42,525 nucleotides of DNA from Candidatus Methanoperedenaceae archaeon (GTDB lineage Archaea; Halobacteriota; Methanosarcinia; Methanosarcinales; Methanoperedenaceae). The notes below the pieces were generated by a model. The model saw only the letters and a program-made list of their open reading frames with translations, was not told where the DNA came from and did not search any database. The first letter of the stretch is position 1. Each line of letters opens with the position of its first letter. Positions 1 through 8,654 of the stretch are shown piece after piece. The stretch is from NCBI GenBank assembly GCA_963753595.1, contig CAVWCX010000025.1:1-42525 (forward strand), written 5' to 3'. The position numbers and the translations under genes are program-made.

Positions 1-1348
1 ATGCATTCTTCATCTGCCGGGCAACTTTCATCCTGAGAGATATCAAACCCGGTATTTCTTTCAATGGATATTTCCTCATGAATGAAATGCTCTTTCCCAG
101 AGGTATTGTATCGAAATACAAAGAATTGAGATTATTGAAAAATTCTTTTAAAGGAAGTTTTGTTGGAAGCTGGGTATGGATAAAATCAAAGAGATCATAA
201 TCATTGGTAATGAGACGATCTTTGACTTCTTCATAAAAATCTGCCCCGGGTAAAGGAGTAAGAACAGCAAAGCTTGCGAAACTGAGTTCCATTCCCCTGC
301 AATATTCTTTAAATTCTTTAAAATCTTCTTCATTAAAATCCGGCCTGACAATGAACGACGCATAGATCTCTATGCCGTTTGCATTCAATATTTTAATTGC
401 TTCTTTATTATTTTCGACAGTTGAACCTTTATTAATATATTTCAGGTCTTCATCCCTGAAAAATTCAAGTCCCACAAAAACTCTTTCAAGTCCGATATCT
501 TTCCATATTTTAATAAGATCAGGATTTTTCACGATCGTATCGCTTCTTCCATAAAGAAAATAACGTTTCTTGATTCCAGCTTCCTTGATCAGTTCAGCAA
601 GTTTTTTCATCCTGCCGGCATCAACCATGGATTCATCATCAGCAAAAAAAACATATTTTTCCTTGATACCTGATAGCTCCCTGACAATGTTTTCCGGCTT
701 TCTTTTCAGGTACTTTCCACCTGTTAGTTTCCACAGGGCACAGAAATTACACCTGTTCGGGCATCCCTTTGATGTGCGTATCGATGCAAGCGGTCTCATC
801 CATTCACTGTAATAGTATTTTCTGTATTTTTCCGTAAGTTCCCTGGCCGGAAAAGGAAAGATATCAAGGTCGGTTACCGGTTCACGAGGACTCATTACCC
901 GCTCTCCATCTTTCAAATAAGATATTCCGGCAATCCCGTCAAATGGCCTCTTAGATACAAGCCTTGAAATGATCTCCTTGAAAACAAAAACTCCCTCTCC
1001 CATCACTACAAGATCAATAGAGGGATTAAAGAAATCGTCAGGGGCAACCGTTGCATGATGGCCACCAACAACGGTAAAGATATCAGGATCAATGGTCTTG
1101 ATCTTATTGAAAAGATTTTTGACCGTATTTACATGAACAGTATATGCAGTGATCCCGACAACATCCGGCCTGAATTTTTGCATTTGCGAATCAAGGTCTT
1201 TGTCGATCCGCATATCAAGTATTTTTACGTCATGTTCGCCTTTGACGCCTGAAGCTAAATATTCAAGCGCAAGCGGCTCATAAATAAAAACATCCTCTCC
1301 ACCGATCGTTTTTTGGGCTTTCGCCGGCTGTATCAGTAAAATTTTCAT
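1..1348 (-). CDS. Cobalamin-binding (class B) radical SAM protein, HpnR-like; 3' end lies outside the window
   Basis: Absent from the ORF track because it has no stop in the window. Manual translation from ATG 1348 gives MKILLIQPAKAQKTIGGEDVFIYEPLALEYLASG...VVGITAYTVH...VVGGHHAT (B12-binding domain), then TSKGCPNRCNFC (CxxxCxxC) and FADDES. The start overlaps the upstream stop (ATGA, 1345-1348). Confidence 0.9.
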   Translation of the reverse strand, partial: MKILLIQPAKAQKTIGGEDVFIYEPLALEYLASGVKGEHDVKILDMRIDKDLDSQMQKFRPDVVGITAYTVHVNTVKNLFNKIKTIDPDIFTVVGGHHATVAPDDFFNPSIDLVVMGEGVFVFKEIISRLVSKRPFDGIAGISYLKDGERVMSPREPVTDLDIFPFPARELTEKYRKYYYSEWMRPLASIRTSKGCPNRCNFCALWKLTGGKYLKRKPENIVRELSGIKEKYVFFADDESMVDAGRMKKLAELIKEAGIKKRYFLYGRSDTIVKNPDLIKIWKDIGLERVFVGLEFFRDEDLKYINKGSTVENNKEAIKILNANGIEIYASFIVRPDFNEEDFKEFKEYCRGMELSFASFAVLTPLPGADFYEEVKDRLITNDYDLFDFIHTQLPTKLPLKEFFNNLNSLYFDTIPLGKSISFMRKYPLKEIPGLISLRMKVARQMKNA

Positions 1349-4026
1349 AATTCCTCCTGTTTAGTACGATATACCTTTCCTTCATCACCATCTACCGTGA
1401 GCTGTTCTCCATCTTTCAAAGTCTTCATCACCCCAGGCACATTGACCACCGCAGGAATACCGTATTCCCTTGCCACGATAGCGCCGTGAGATGTATAACC
1501 GCCCACTTCCATCACAAGAGCTTTTGCCCTCAGGAACAGGGGTGTCCATCCAGGATCCGTGGAAGGTGCAACAAGTACATCGCCCTTCTGAAGCTTTGTA
1601 TTCTCACCCGGATGCCGGACGATCCTGGCAACTCCTGATGCCCGTCCGGCTGCCACGCCAAGACCCCTTATCACCCTGCCATGGACTTCAGATGATCGCA
1701 AAAGCGGCTGCGGCACTTCATCGATGATGACATCAGGGGGTTCAAGTTTAGATAACTCCTCACGCAGGTCTTTTCGCTCAGAAACCAGCAGTTTCAATCC
1801 CGCGCCATCCCAGTATCCCGTAAGGATCGCGATAATCTCAGGTAGAGAGCAGTGATACACATCAATTTGCTGCTCCAGTATCCCTCTTTCCACCATCCTT
1901 CGACCTATTTCCTGGAAAAGCGAACGCGAAGGTTCAAATGTCTTGACAAGTACGGATCTTGACATTTCCCTCATCTGGGCGCCCTTTACTGCCTGGGCGG
2001 TCCACATGTTGAGCTTAATCCTCTTCAAACCCCATTTCATTTTAGCTGCAATTTCTCCTTCCACAGCCTTCTTCTTTGCAGCCCTGGCTTCCCTGTAACC
2101 TTGATTTCCACCTGATTTGACCTGCGCCCGTATGTTCTCAAGCAGATACCGCGGATACTCCCTCCATCGCGGGTTCATTATTTCACTCTCATAAACTCCC
2201 CTGTGCCCATATTCCTTAAGGAATTCCTCAAATTCCTTCATGAATATGGAGTCTTCCGGGATTGCATCCCTGAATAAAGATGGATCGAAGTTCTCTGCTG
2301 TGAAGTAGCTAAAAGCAGCATTATCCTTTCTTGCGGTCTCCGCTAGGTCCATTAGCCTGTAACCATGCTGCGCGCTTGTCATGTTCTCTGAAGCACCTGC
2401 CAGGAGACTGTTGGCAAGCGAGTAACCGCGGCCGGGAAAATCCGTATCCAGTATTTTGGCCATCAACTCAAAAGGATATGCTGCTGAAGAACCGAGGATC
2501 ATGTAGGGAGGCCCGAAATTCGCAGAACTTTTTCTCATTTCGGAGATTAACGAGATGAGTTCCTGTTCATCCATACCTTTAAAGTCCAGCCGATTCCACT
2601 CTTCGGATTTCTTCCACATATCATTAAATAATTTTTTGGCAGAGATCTGGATCCTGAGAATATTGACAAAAAGAACAATTCCACGTAAAAAGCGTCCAAT
2701 CCCCTTCAATCCGCCGAGGGGATTCCCGGATGAGACTTTTATTTCTGGCTGGTGTCCGCCCATATATTCATTGGTCATCCCTGGAAGGATCCCCAACCCA
2801 TCATAAAATTCCCACTGGAGCGCGGACAGGTTGAAATAACCCCGCCCTCTATAATTACGAACCCAGTTCAGCCCTGATGGCACACGATAACCCGCCGCAC
2901 GAATCTGGGCATTCATCATCACCGGGAGCAAACAGCTCATGAGGCTCCATGAAAGAGTGGAAAATACCTGCGGCATTACCTCCTTAAGATTCGCATTTGA
3001 CCAGATCACAGGCTGTCCTGCTATCCCAGGGAAACCTGGTTCAGGCATTCCTGTAACGGGTCTTGCCTGAAGGACATGGAACCTGTTGCCGTCAAAAGCC
3101 CATTCCATATCCTGGCAGTTGATGCAGTTGCCAAGGGCTTCATGAACGCGAAGCGTCAGCAGGCCAAGTTCTGTGATTCTGCTGTCGCTGAGAACCTGCT
3201 TTTTCCTGGCGCCTTCGTCCGCGCTGGAAAGTTCTGTCCCCTCATCGGGTCGAAGCCTCGTGAATTTCATCTTGCCGCCAATTTTTTTCTCAATGATCTC
3301 AGGTACTATCCTTCTCGGGTCCAGCAGGTATTCATCAGGTTCCACAGCGCCGCTGACTACCGACTCTCCCAGGCCGAAATTGGCGCTGATAGCGATCCTG
3401 TCACGCCTGCCTGTGCGGGGATCGCAGCTAAAAGACACGCCGGCTGATGCCGCAGGTATAAGTTCCATAATCACGACAGCCACAGCGACCATATCATCGT
3501 CAAATCCCATTTTGCGCCTGTAGGCAACAGCACGGGGGGTCCAGAGAGAAGCATAGCAGCCCTTTATTGCTTTGATGATATTTTCAAGCCCCCTGATATT
3601 CAGGAACGAATCATGTACCCCGGCAAATGACGCTGTTGCAGAATCTTCAGCCGTTGCTGATGACCGGACTGCCACAGGTTTTTCAAGTAGTTTCGTGCCT
3701 TCAAGTTGTTTTGCCAGTTCTTGCCGGATGGTTCCGGGTATCTGGCCTTCATTGATATTTCGTCTGATCTCTTCCAGCTTCTTTTCATTAACCGGATCAT
3801 TTACAGCTTCAGCCCTGATACCGGATGCAGCATGAATGGATTCTGCCAACTTGTTATCCTTCAGGAAATCGCGATATGCACGGGATGTCAAAACAAACCC
3901 GGCAGGCACTGGAAAACCATATCGGTGCAATCGTCCCAGATTCAATCCCTTGCCGCCCACCACTGCTGCATCAGAATTTGCAGATCCTTCCCAATTAAGA
4001 AAATATATTTCCTTTTTCTCATTCAT
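1345..4026 (-). CDS. PEP-utilizing / rifampin-phosphotransferase-like dikinase (ATP-grasp, substrate domain, C-terminal swivelling phospho-His domain)
   Basis: N-terminal VGGKG, AVRSSATAED, SFAGVH, GLGESVVSG and DMEWA...LQARPVT; C-terminal TDPGWTPLF...GGYTSHGAIVAREYGIPAVV. The His domain is last, as in RPH rather than PpsA. ATG 4026 with RBS AGGTGA is preferred over TTG 4050. Confidence 0.88.
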   Translation of the reverse strand: MNEKKEIYFLNWEGSANSDAAVVGGKGLNLGRLHRYGFPVPAGFVLTSRAYRDFLKDNKLAESIHAASGIRAEAVNDPVNEKKLEEIRRNINEGQIPGTIRQELAKQLEGTKLLEKPVAVRSSATAEDSATASFAGVHDSFLNIRGLENIIKAIKGCYASLWTPRAVAYRRKMGFDDDMVAVAVVIMELIPAASAGVSFSCDPRTGRRDRIAISANFGLGESVVSGAVEPDEYLLDPRRIVPEIIEKKIGGKMKFTRLRPDEGTELSSADEGARKKQVLSDSRITELGLLTLRVHEALGNCINCQDMEWAFDGNRFHVLQARPVTGMPEPGFPGIAGQPVIWSNANLKEVMPQVFSTLSWSLMSCLLPVMMNAQIRAAGYRVPSGLNWVRNYRGRGYFNLSALQWEFYDGLGILPGMTNEYMGGHQPEIKVSSGNPLGGLKGIGRFLRGIVLFVNILRIQISAKKLFNDMWKKSEEWNRLDFKGMDEQELISLISEMRKSSANFGPPYMILGSSAAYPFELMAKILDTDFPGRGYSLANSLLAGASENMTSAQHGYRLMDLAETARKDNAAFSYFTAENFDPSLFRDAIPEDSIFMKEFEEFLKEYGHRGVYESEIMNPRWREYPRYLLENIRAQVKSGGNQGYREARAAKKKAVEGEIAAKMKWGLKRIKLNMWTAQAVKGAQMREMSRSVLVKTFEPSRSLFQEIGRRMVERGILEQQIDVYHCSLPEIIAILTGYWDGAGLKLLVSERKDLREELSKLEPPDVIIDEVPQPLLRSSEVHGRVIRGLGVAAGRASGVARIVRHPGENTKLQKGDVLVAPSTDPGWTPLFLRAKALVMEVGGYTSHGAIVAREYGIPAVVNVPGVMKTLKDGEQLTVDGDEGKVYRTKQEEL

Positions 4027-4030
4027 AGTC

Positions 4031-4621
4031 TCACCTTGTGATACCCTCAAATATCATATCTATTTTTTTTGATATGTCATCTGACAAAGAATACTCGTTT
4101 TTTGACCATAACCATTCCATTAATGAATAAAAATAGATGGCACTTATATTTCCGGCAGCCATTTTAAAATCTAAACTGATTTTGAATTCTTCTGTTTTTT
4201 CACCCTTCTCAAACATGACCTGAATGAGATGATCCAGGCTGGTGCTTCTTCTTTCTTCATGACCATAATGCTTCAAATGCTCAAAAACGAAAAGTTTTGT
4301 AAGCTCCCTGTCTTTTTCATTGCTCTTTGCCACGAGGACAAGTATTTTTTTTATCTTTTCTTTTGTGGAGGTATTTCTGGTCATTTGATCTTTTACCAGG
4401 TCAAAGACGAGCTCTTCCTTTTGCTTAACGAAATCCTGGAGAAGTGCTTCCTTGGTTGGAAAATAGTTAAAAAATGTTCCTTTACCTATCCCTGCTTCTT
4501 TTGTTATCTCATCAACAGTTGTGTTGTCATACCCTTTTTCCTTGAACAACCTTCCCGCCACTTCGAAAATGTTATTCTTTGTTTCAATCTTTTTTTCATC
4601 ACGCAGGGACATAATTACCAT
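4031..4621 (-). CDS. TetR/AcrR-family transcriptional regulator
   Basis: HTH signature LFKEKGYDNTTVDEITKEAGIGKGTFFNYFPTKEAL; 196 aa. Confidence 0.95.
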   Translation of the reverse strand: MVIMSLRDEKKIETKNNIFEVAGRLFKEKGYDNTTVDEITKEAGIGKGTFFNYFPTKEALLQDFVKQKEELVFDLVKDQMTRNTSTKEKIKKILVLVAKSNEKDRELTKLFVFEHLKHYGHEERRSTSLDHLIQVMFEKGEKTEEFKISLDFKMAAGNISAIYFYSLMEWLWSKNEYSLSDDISKKIDMIFEGITR

Positions 4622-4633
4622 CTTTTAACTATT

Positions 4634-4682
4634 ATGACTTTTAGTCTTATATGACCATTAGTCATTTATGACCTTAAGTCAT
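4634..4682. promoter_or_regulatory. Three tandem palindromic operators (ATGAC-N5-GTCAT), probably bound by TetR
   Basis: ATGACTTTTAGTCTT (4634-4648), ATGACCATTAGTCAT (4651-4665) and ATGACCTTAAGTCAT (4668-4682), with a 17-bp period. They lie between a minus-strand TATA-like TTAAATAT (about 4681-4688) and the tetR start. Confidence 0.8.
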
Positions 4683-5048
4683 ATTTAAGGATTTTGGTTT
4701 TGACCTGCTCTCGACAGATAATCTTCCCCCGCTTCTTCTATAATCTGTGGTGGAGTTTTGCGTACAGTTTTGTTTACAGTAACGCATTGTTTCATTAGCC
4801 CGTACCTGTATGTTGCAGCAGTTTTGGATTTTAGGCTTGCTTCTCATAGTACAAAAAGCTTATCATCTCTTAAACTCATATTACGCCCTAATTAACTATG
4901 TAAATAGTAGTTAAACAAATAGTCATAAAGCTTTTAAGTAGAAAATTAATAAGAACTTTTACAAAGTTGTGTTTATAGCTCTTAATTGTTTTAAATATAA
5001 ATTAAAGAGGTTAGAAAGGAAGAGCAATTACGCTTTTTCATAAAAATT

Positions 5049-6242
5049 ATGGAAAATTTTAAAATTCTTGGCATAAGTGAGCCTGTTTTGAGAGCAATAA
5101 AAGATGAGAGATTTGATAGCCCCAGCGAAATTCAGGAAAAATCAATTCCCTTGATCATTGCGGGGAAAGATGTTATAGCGGGGTCAGCAACAGGATCGGG
5201 AAAGACACTTGCATTTGCAGCGGGTATATTAAAGAATACGCAAAAAGGAAGAGGTATCCAGGCCCTTGTCCTTACCCCAACAAGAGAACTGGCTGAGCAG
5301 GTCGCCCAGGCTTTGCTCAGGTTTTCAAAGTATAATCCTTTAGAAATTATTGCGGTCTATGGCGGCGTAGGAATAAACCCTCAGATCAGGGGATTAAAAA
5401 CAGCAGATGTTGTTGTGGGAACACCCGGCAGGTTACTTGACCATATCGGAAGAAATACACTTCGATTAGGCAAAGTAAATACACTTGTCCTTGATGAAGC
5501 AGACCGTATGTTCGATATGGGATTTAAGGATGATGTGGAAAAAATAATACGAAAATGCCCTGATGACAGGCAGACACTTTTATTTTCGGCAACGATCAAT
5601 AAAGAAGTAGTGCAGCTTTCAAGGCGCTATATGCACGAACCGCTCCAGGTTTCCGTGGATTCTTTTGTTGACCCGGCAAAACTGGTGCAAACATTTTATG
5701 ATGTAGCAGATGATCACAAATTTTCTTTGCTGCTTCACCTGTTAAAGAATGAAAACTCGGACCTTGTTATGGTTTTCTGTAATACCAAACGAAATACTGA
5801 CAAAGTTACAAAAAATCTCAGGTTTTCGGGTATAGATGCCCTTGCTATTCATGGCGGATTGACCCAGAATAAAAGAAATGACGTGATGGAGCGATTCCAT
5901 ACAGGGAAATTCTGCGTCCTTGTTTGCACCGATGTGGCAGCAAGAGGCCTGGATATCCGCGGTGTATCACATGTTTACAATTACGATATTCCCCGAGAAA
6001 GCAAGCAGTATATCCACAGAATCGGAAGAACCGCAAGAGCCGGGGCAGAAGGAAAAGCGATAAACATCCTTTCAAGAACTGATTACGATAATTTTGGAAG
6101 AGTATTGAAAGAAAATGGTGTGCAGATAACAGAAGAGCCGTTGCCTGCATTTGCAAAAGCCGCGATCAGGCAGCCTGAAAGAAGAGTTAATAAGCCCATT
6201 TCCAGAAAACTGCAGCAGCGTGACAGGAACAGGCGGCGTTAG
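5049..6242 (+). CDS. DEAD-box RNA helicase
   Basis: Q motif (PSEIQ), GSGKT, PTRELA, TPGR, DEAD, SAT, ARGLD, HRIGRTAR; basic C-terminal tail. Confidence 0.97.
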   Translation: MENFKILGISEPVLRAIKDERFDSPSEIQEKSIPLIIAGKDVIAGSATGSGKTLAFAAGILKNTQKGRGIQALVLTPTRELAEQVAQALLRFSKYNPLEIIAVYGGVGINPQIRGLKTADVVVGTPGRLLDHIGRNTLRLGKVNTLVLDEADRMFDMGFKDDVEKIIRKCPDDRQTLLFSATINKEVVQLSRRYMHEPLQVSVDSFVDPAKLVQTFYDVADDHKFSLLLHLLKNENSDLVMVFCNTKRNTDKVTKNLRFSGIDALAIHGGLTQNKRNDVMERFHTGKFCVLVCTDVAARGLDIRGVSHVYNYDIPRESKQYIHRIGRTARAGAEGKAINILSRTDYDNFGRVLKENGVQITEEPLPAFAKAAIRQPERRVNKPISRKLQQRDRNRRR

Positions 6243-6273
6243 ATCTTTGTGCAAATAATCTAAAATATAATGA

Positions 6274-6322
6274 AAGCAGATTTCTTTTTAATGAGATCTG
6301 TTTTTCCCAACTTTTTCTTCTT
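6274..6322 (+). terminator. Putative terminator of the DEAD-box gene
   Basis: GCAGATTTC...GAGATCTGT imperfect hairpin followed by T-rich tracts. Confidence 0.4.
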
Positions 6323-6372
6323 CCCGCATACTAACTATTTATTATATAAACAATAATGTACATCTTCGGGAT

Positions 6373-6609
6373 ATGGCTGGTATAATATGCGAATACTGCG
6401 GAAATAAGTTCGATACACGTGGGTTAGGCAGGCATCGTGCATCATGCCAGAAGAGGAAACAAAAAGAAGAGACAGCAGCCGATAAACATGATGGAAAAGC
6501 TCTTCAGAATGCAAAGATCAGGGATATTTTCGAAAAGGTAAAAACCCTGGAGATCATGCTCGAAGATCTATCGTCCCAACTTGTTAAAATGATAAAAGAA
6601 ATTGAATGA
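6373..6609 (+). CDS. Small zinc-finger (C2HC-like) plus coiled-coil protein
   Basis: CEYC...GLGRHRASC, followed by a helical heptad-like C-terminus; TATA-like TTATATAA about 25 nt upstream. Confidence 0.7.
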   Translation: MAGIICEYCGNKFDTRGLGRHRASCQKRKQKEETAADKHDGKALQNAKIRDIFEKVKTLEIMLEDLSSQLVKMIKEIE

Positions 6610-6662
6610 ATAGATTAAATAATCCTGAATGATACCCATAAGTATTTAACAGAAAACGAGAA

Positions 6663-6675
6663 CTAGGATTCCGGT
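6663..6675 (+). promoter_or_regulatory. Possible NrpR-type nitrogen operator upstream of amt
   Basis: CTAGGATTCCGGT resembles the Methanosarcina NrpR site as I recall it (ACCGGCTTCCGGT). It lies just downstream of TATA-like TATTTAAC (6643-6650). Confidence 0.4.
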
Positions 6676-6721
6676 TATTTACTCAATAGTTTTTAATAAA
6701 AACACTAGCGAGCCAGGAAAA

Positions 6722-7951
6722 GTGAATCGTATGTTAAATCCGGCATTCAATACAACTGATATTACGTTTATAATGATAGCGACCTGCCTGGTCATGGTAA
6801 TGACACCAGGACTTGCCTTCTTCTATGGGGGTCTCGTGGGCCGAAAGAACGCGATTACAATAATGATGCAAAGCTTTGTGGCTCTGGGTGTCTCTACGAT
6901 CATGTGGGTCCTCGTGGGCTATTCCCTGAGTTTTAGCGGAGATTATTACGGGATTATCGGAAATCTTGATTATGCGCTCCTTTCGAATATCTCTGCTTCC
7001 ACGCCATCACCAGTAAGTCCCGCATTGCCTCTTTATATTTTCCTTGCCTACCAGTTGATGGTAGCAGTCATTACACCCCCTCTTATCACCGGGGCTTTCA
7101 CCAATCGTGTCCGTTTTAAAGCATACATCGTATTCCTTGTCGCCTGGCAGCTCCTGATCTACTACCCGCTTGTCCACATGGTTTGGGGAGGCGGCGCCCT
7201 GATGCAGTGGGGTGTTAAGGATTTCGGGGGAGGCATTGTTGTCCATGCAATCGCGGGAATGAGTGCGCTTGCAAGCGTTCTTTATCTTGGAAGCCGCAAA
7301 GTCAAAGACCTGCCCCACAGCATTCCCCTCATCGCTATCGGTATGACGATCCTGTGGTTTGGCTGGTTCGGATTCACAGCCGGGAATGCTTTTGCAATGA
7401 ATGACGTTGCAGTCGTAGCATTTCTCAATACCGCGATCGCCGGGGGTTTTGCTGCATTTGTATGGATGATAATGGATTGGGGCATGGAAGGCAAACCAAA
7501 GCTTGTAGGATTCCTGACAGGAGGTCTTGCCGGGCTAGTCGTGATAACTCCTGCCGCTGGATATGTAACGCCTGGCGCATCAATATTATTCGGTATTTTT
7601 GCAGGGATAATCTGTTACCTCGCTGTAATGTTAAAGAACAGGCGAAAATGGGATGATGCACTGGATGTATGGGGTGTGCATGGGATTGGCGGATTCCTGG
7701 GCATAACGCTTCTTGGCGTATTCAGCACACTTTCGATTAACAATGATGGAGCAAACGGTCTTTTATACGGTGGAATGGAGTTCTTCAAAAAAGAGGTCGC
7801 TGCAGTTGCTTTTGCTTCACTCTATGCATTTGTTATGACTGTAATGATATTCTTCATCATTGACAATATCATGTCGCTTCGCGTGTCGAAAGATATAGAA
7901 GAACAGGGACTTGATAAGCATTTACATGGCGAGAGGGCTTATAATAAATAG
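6722..7951 (+). CDS. amtB: Ammonium transporter (Amt family)
   Basis: MTPGLAFFYGG, DFGGGIVVH, WFGWFGF, DDALDVWGVHG and a C-terminal GLD...HGERAY; about 11 TM segments. Alternative start ATG 6731. Confidence 0.96.
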   Translation: MNRMLNPAFNTTDITFIMIATCLVMVMTPGLAFFYGGLVGRKNAITIMMQSFVALGVSTIMWVLVGYSLSFSGDYYGIIGNLDYALLSNISASTPSPVSPALPLYIFLAYQLMVAVITPPLITGAFTNRVRFKAYIVFLVAWQLLIYYPLVHMVWGGGALMQWGVKDFGGGIVVHAIAGMSALASVLYLGSRKVKDLPHSIPLIAIGMTILWFGWFGFTAGNAFAMNDVAVVAFLNTAIAGGFAAFVWMIMDWGMEGKPKLVGFLTGGLAGLVVITPAAGYVTPGASILFGIFAGIICYLAVMLKNRRKWDDALDVWGVHGIGGFLGITLLGVFSTLSINNDGANGLLYGGMEFFKKEVAAVAFASLYAFVMTVMIFFIIDNIMSLRVSKDIEEQGLDKHLHGERAYNK

Positions 7952-8500
7952 CATTAAGTGGATATTATTTTCTTTTTTCGGTAATTTTTATACCTTTGTT
8001 GACACATTCCATTCTTTTTCGATAACAATGTCATCATAAAGTATATTACGGACTATTTTGAATTTATTCTTCTCAATATAAAGCCCCTCAATTTCGTTTC
8101 CATTTAAACCTGCTTTTAATAATTTTACTCTTTCGTCAGCAGTTTTCAACATGACTCCTCATAATATACCAATCTTTTTCAACAGTTTCAATTTTTGCCC
8201 AAAAAGTGAAGCTCCCAACCATAGCAGAGCTGCGGGATATTCCGATAAAATCAAGTTTTCTAATTCCCCCCATGAATCCATAGTTTCATTTTTCTTTACC
8301 TCTAATTTTTTCTTTTTTAGATTCTCCGTATGCGCTGCAAAAAGTCATCATTATGTAGAGTATCACAGTTGTTCATATGGCTGCGATTGATATAAGTATG
8401 CTTAAAGTTTTTACAGTTATTAATGTTTTAAAATCAATTATATGGTACATTATAGCGTTTTTTAGTTTTTTATAGTTCAAAAATGATTTAATTCAAGAAA

Positions 8501-8600
8501 GCCCCTATGGGGACATTTTTGGGGGAAAAAATCCCAATTCTAAGCGCTGTCATGCTTGCCCCGAAAGGGTACGCACCCCTTCCAGAATCTACCCCATGGT
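8501..8600. other. GC-rich, multi-stem intergenic element (ncRNA or MITE/REP-like; class unknown)
   Basis: Nested inverted repeats ATGGGG/CCCCAT, ATTCT/AGAAT, TGCCC-CGAAA-GGGTA and TTGGG/CCCAA in an otherwise AT-rich spacer. Confidence 0.4.
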
Positions 8601-8654
8601 GCACTATTCCCTCTAGGCATTATTTCCAAACTCTGATTCTGTTTACCCTTCAAC

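Noticed and set aside
1345-4050. PEP synthase (ppsA)
   Set aside because: It lacks the C-terminal PEP-binding barrel, and the His domain is terminal.
4700-5048. Small ORFs, or a cold-responsive leader, upstream of the DEAD-box gene
   Set aside because: Only a weak TTAACTA/TAGTTAA inverted repeat and motif-less short frames; not supportable.
7960-8400. 79-aa plus-strand ORF and short minus-strand frames
   Set aside because: No recognisable motif and many stops. It may be a decayed gene, but I cannot identify it.
8540-8576. GTGCG on the minus strand as a group II intron 5' end
   Set aside because: No domain V/VI or reverse transcriptase ORF follows.
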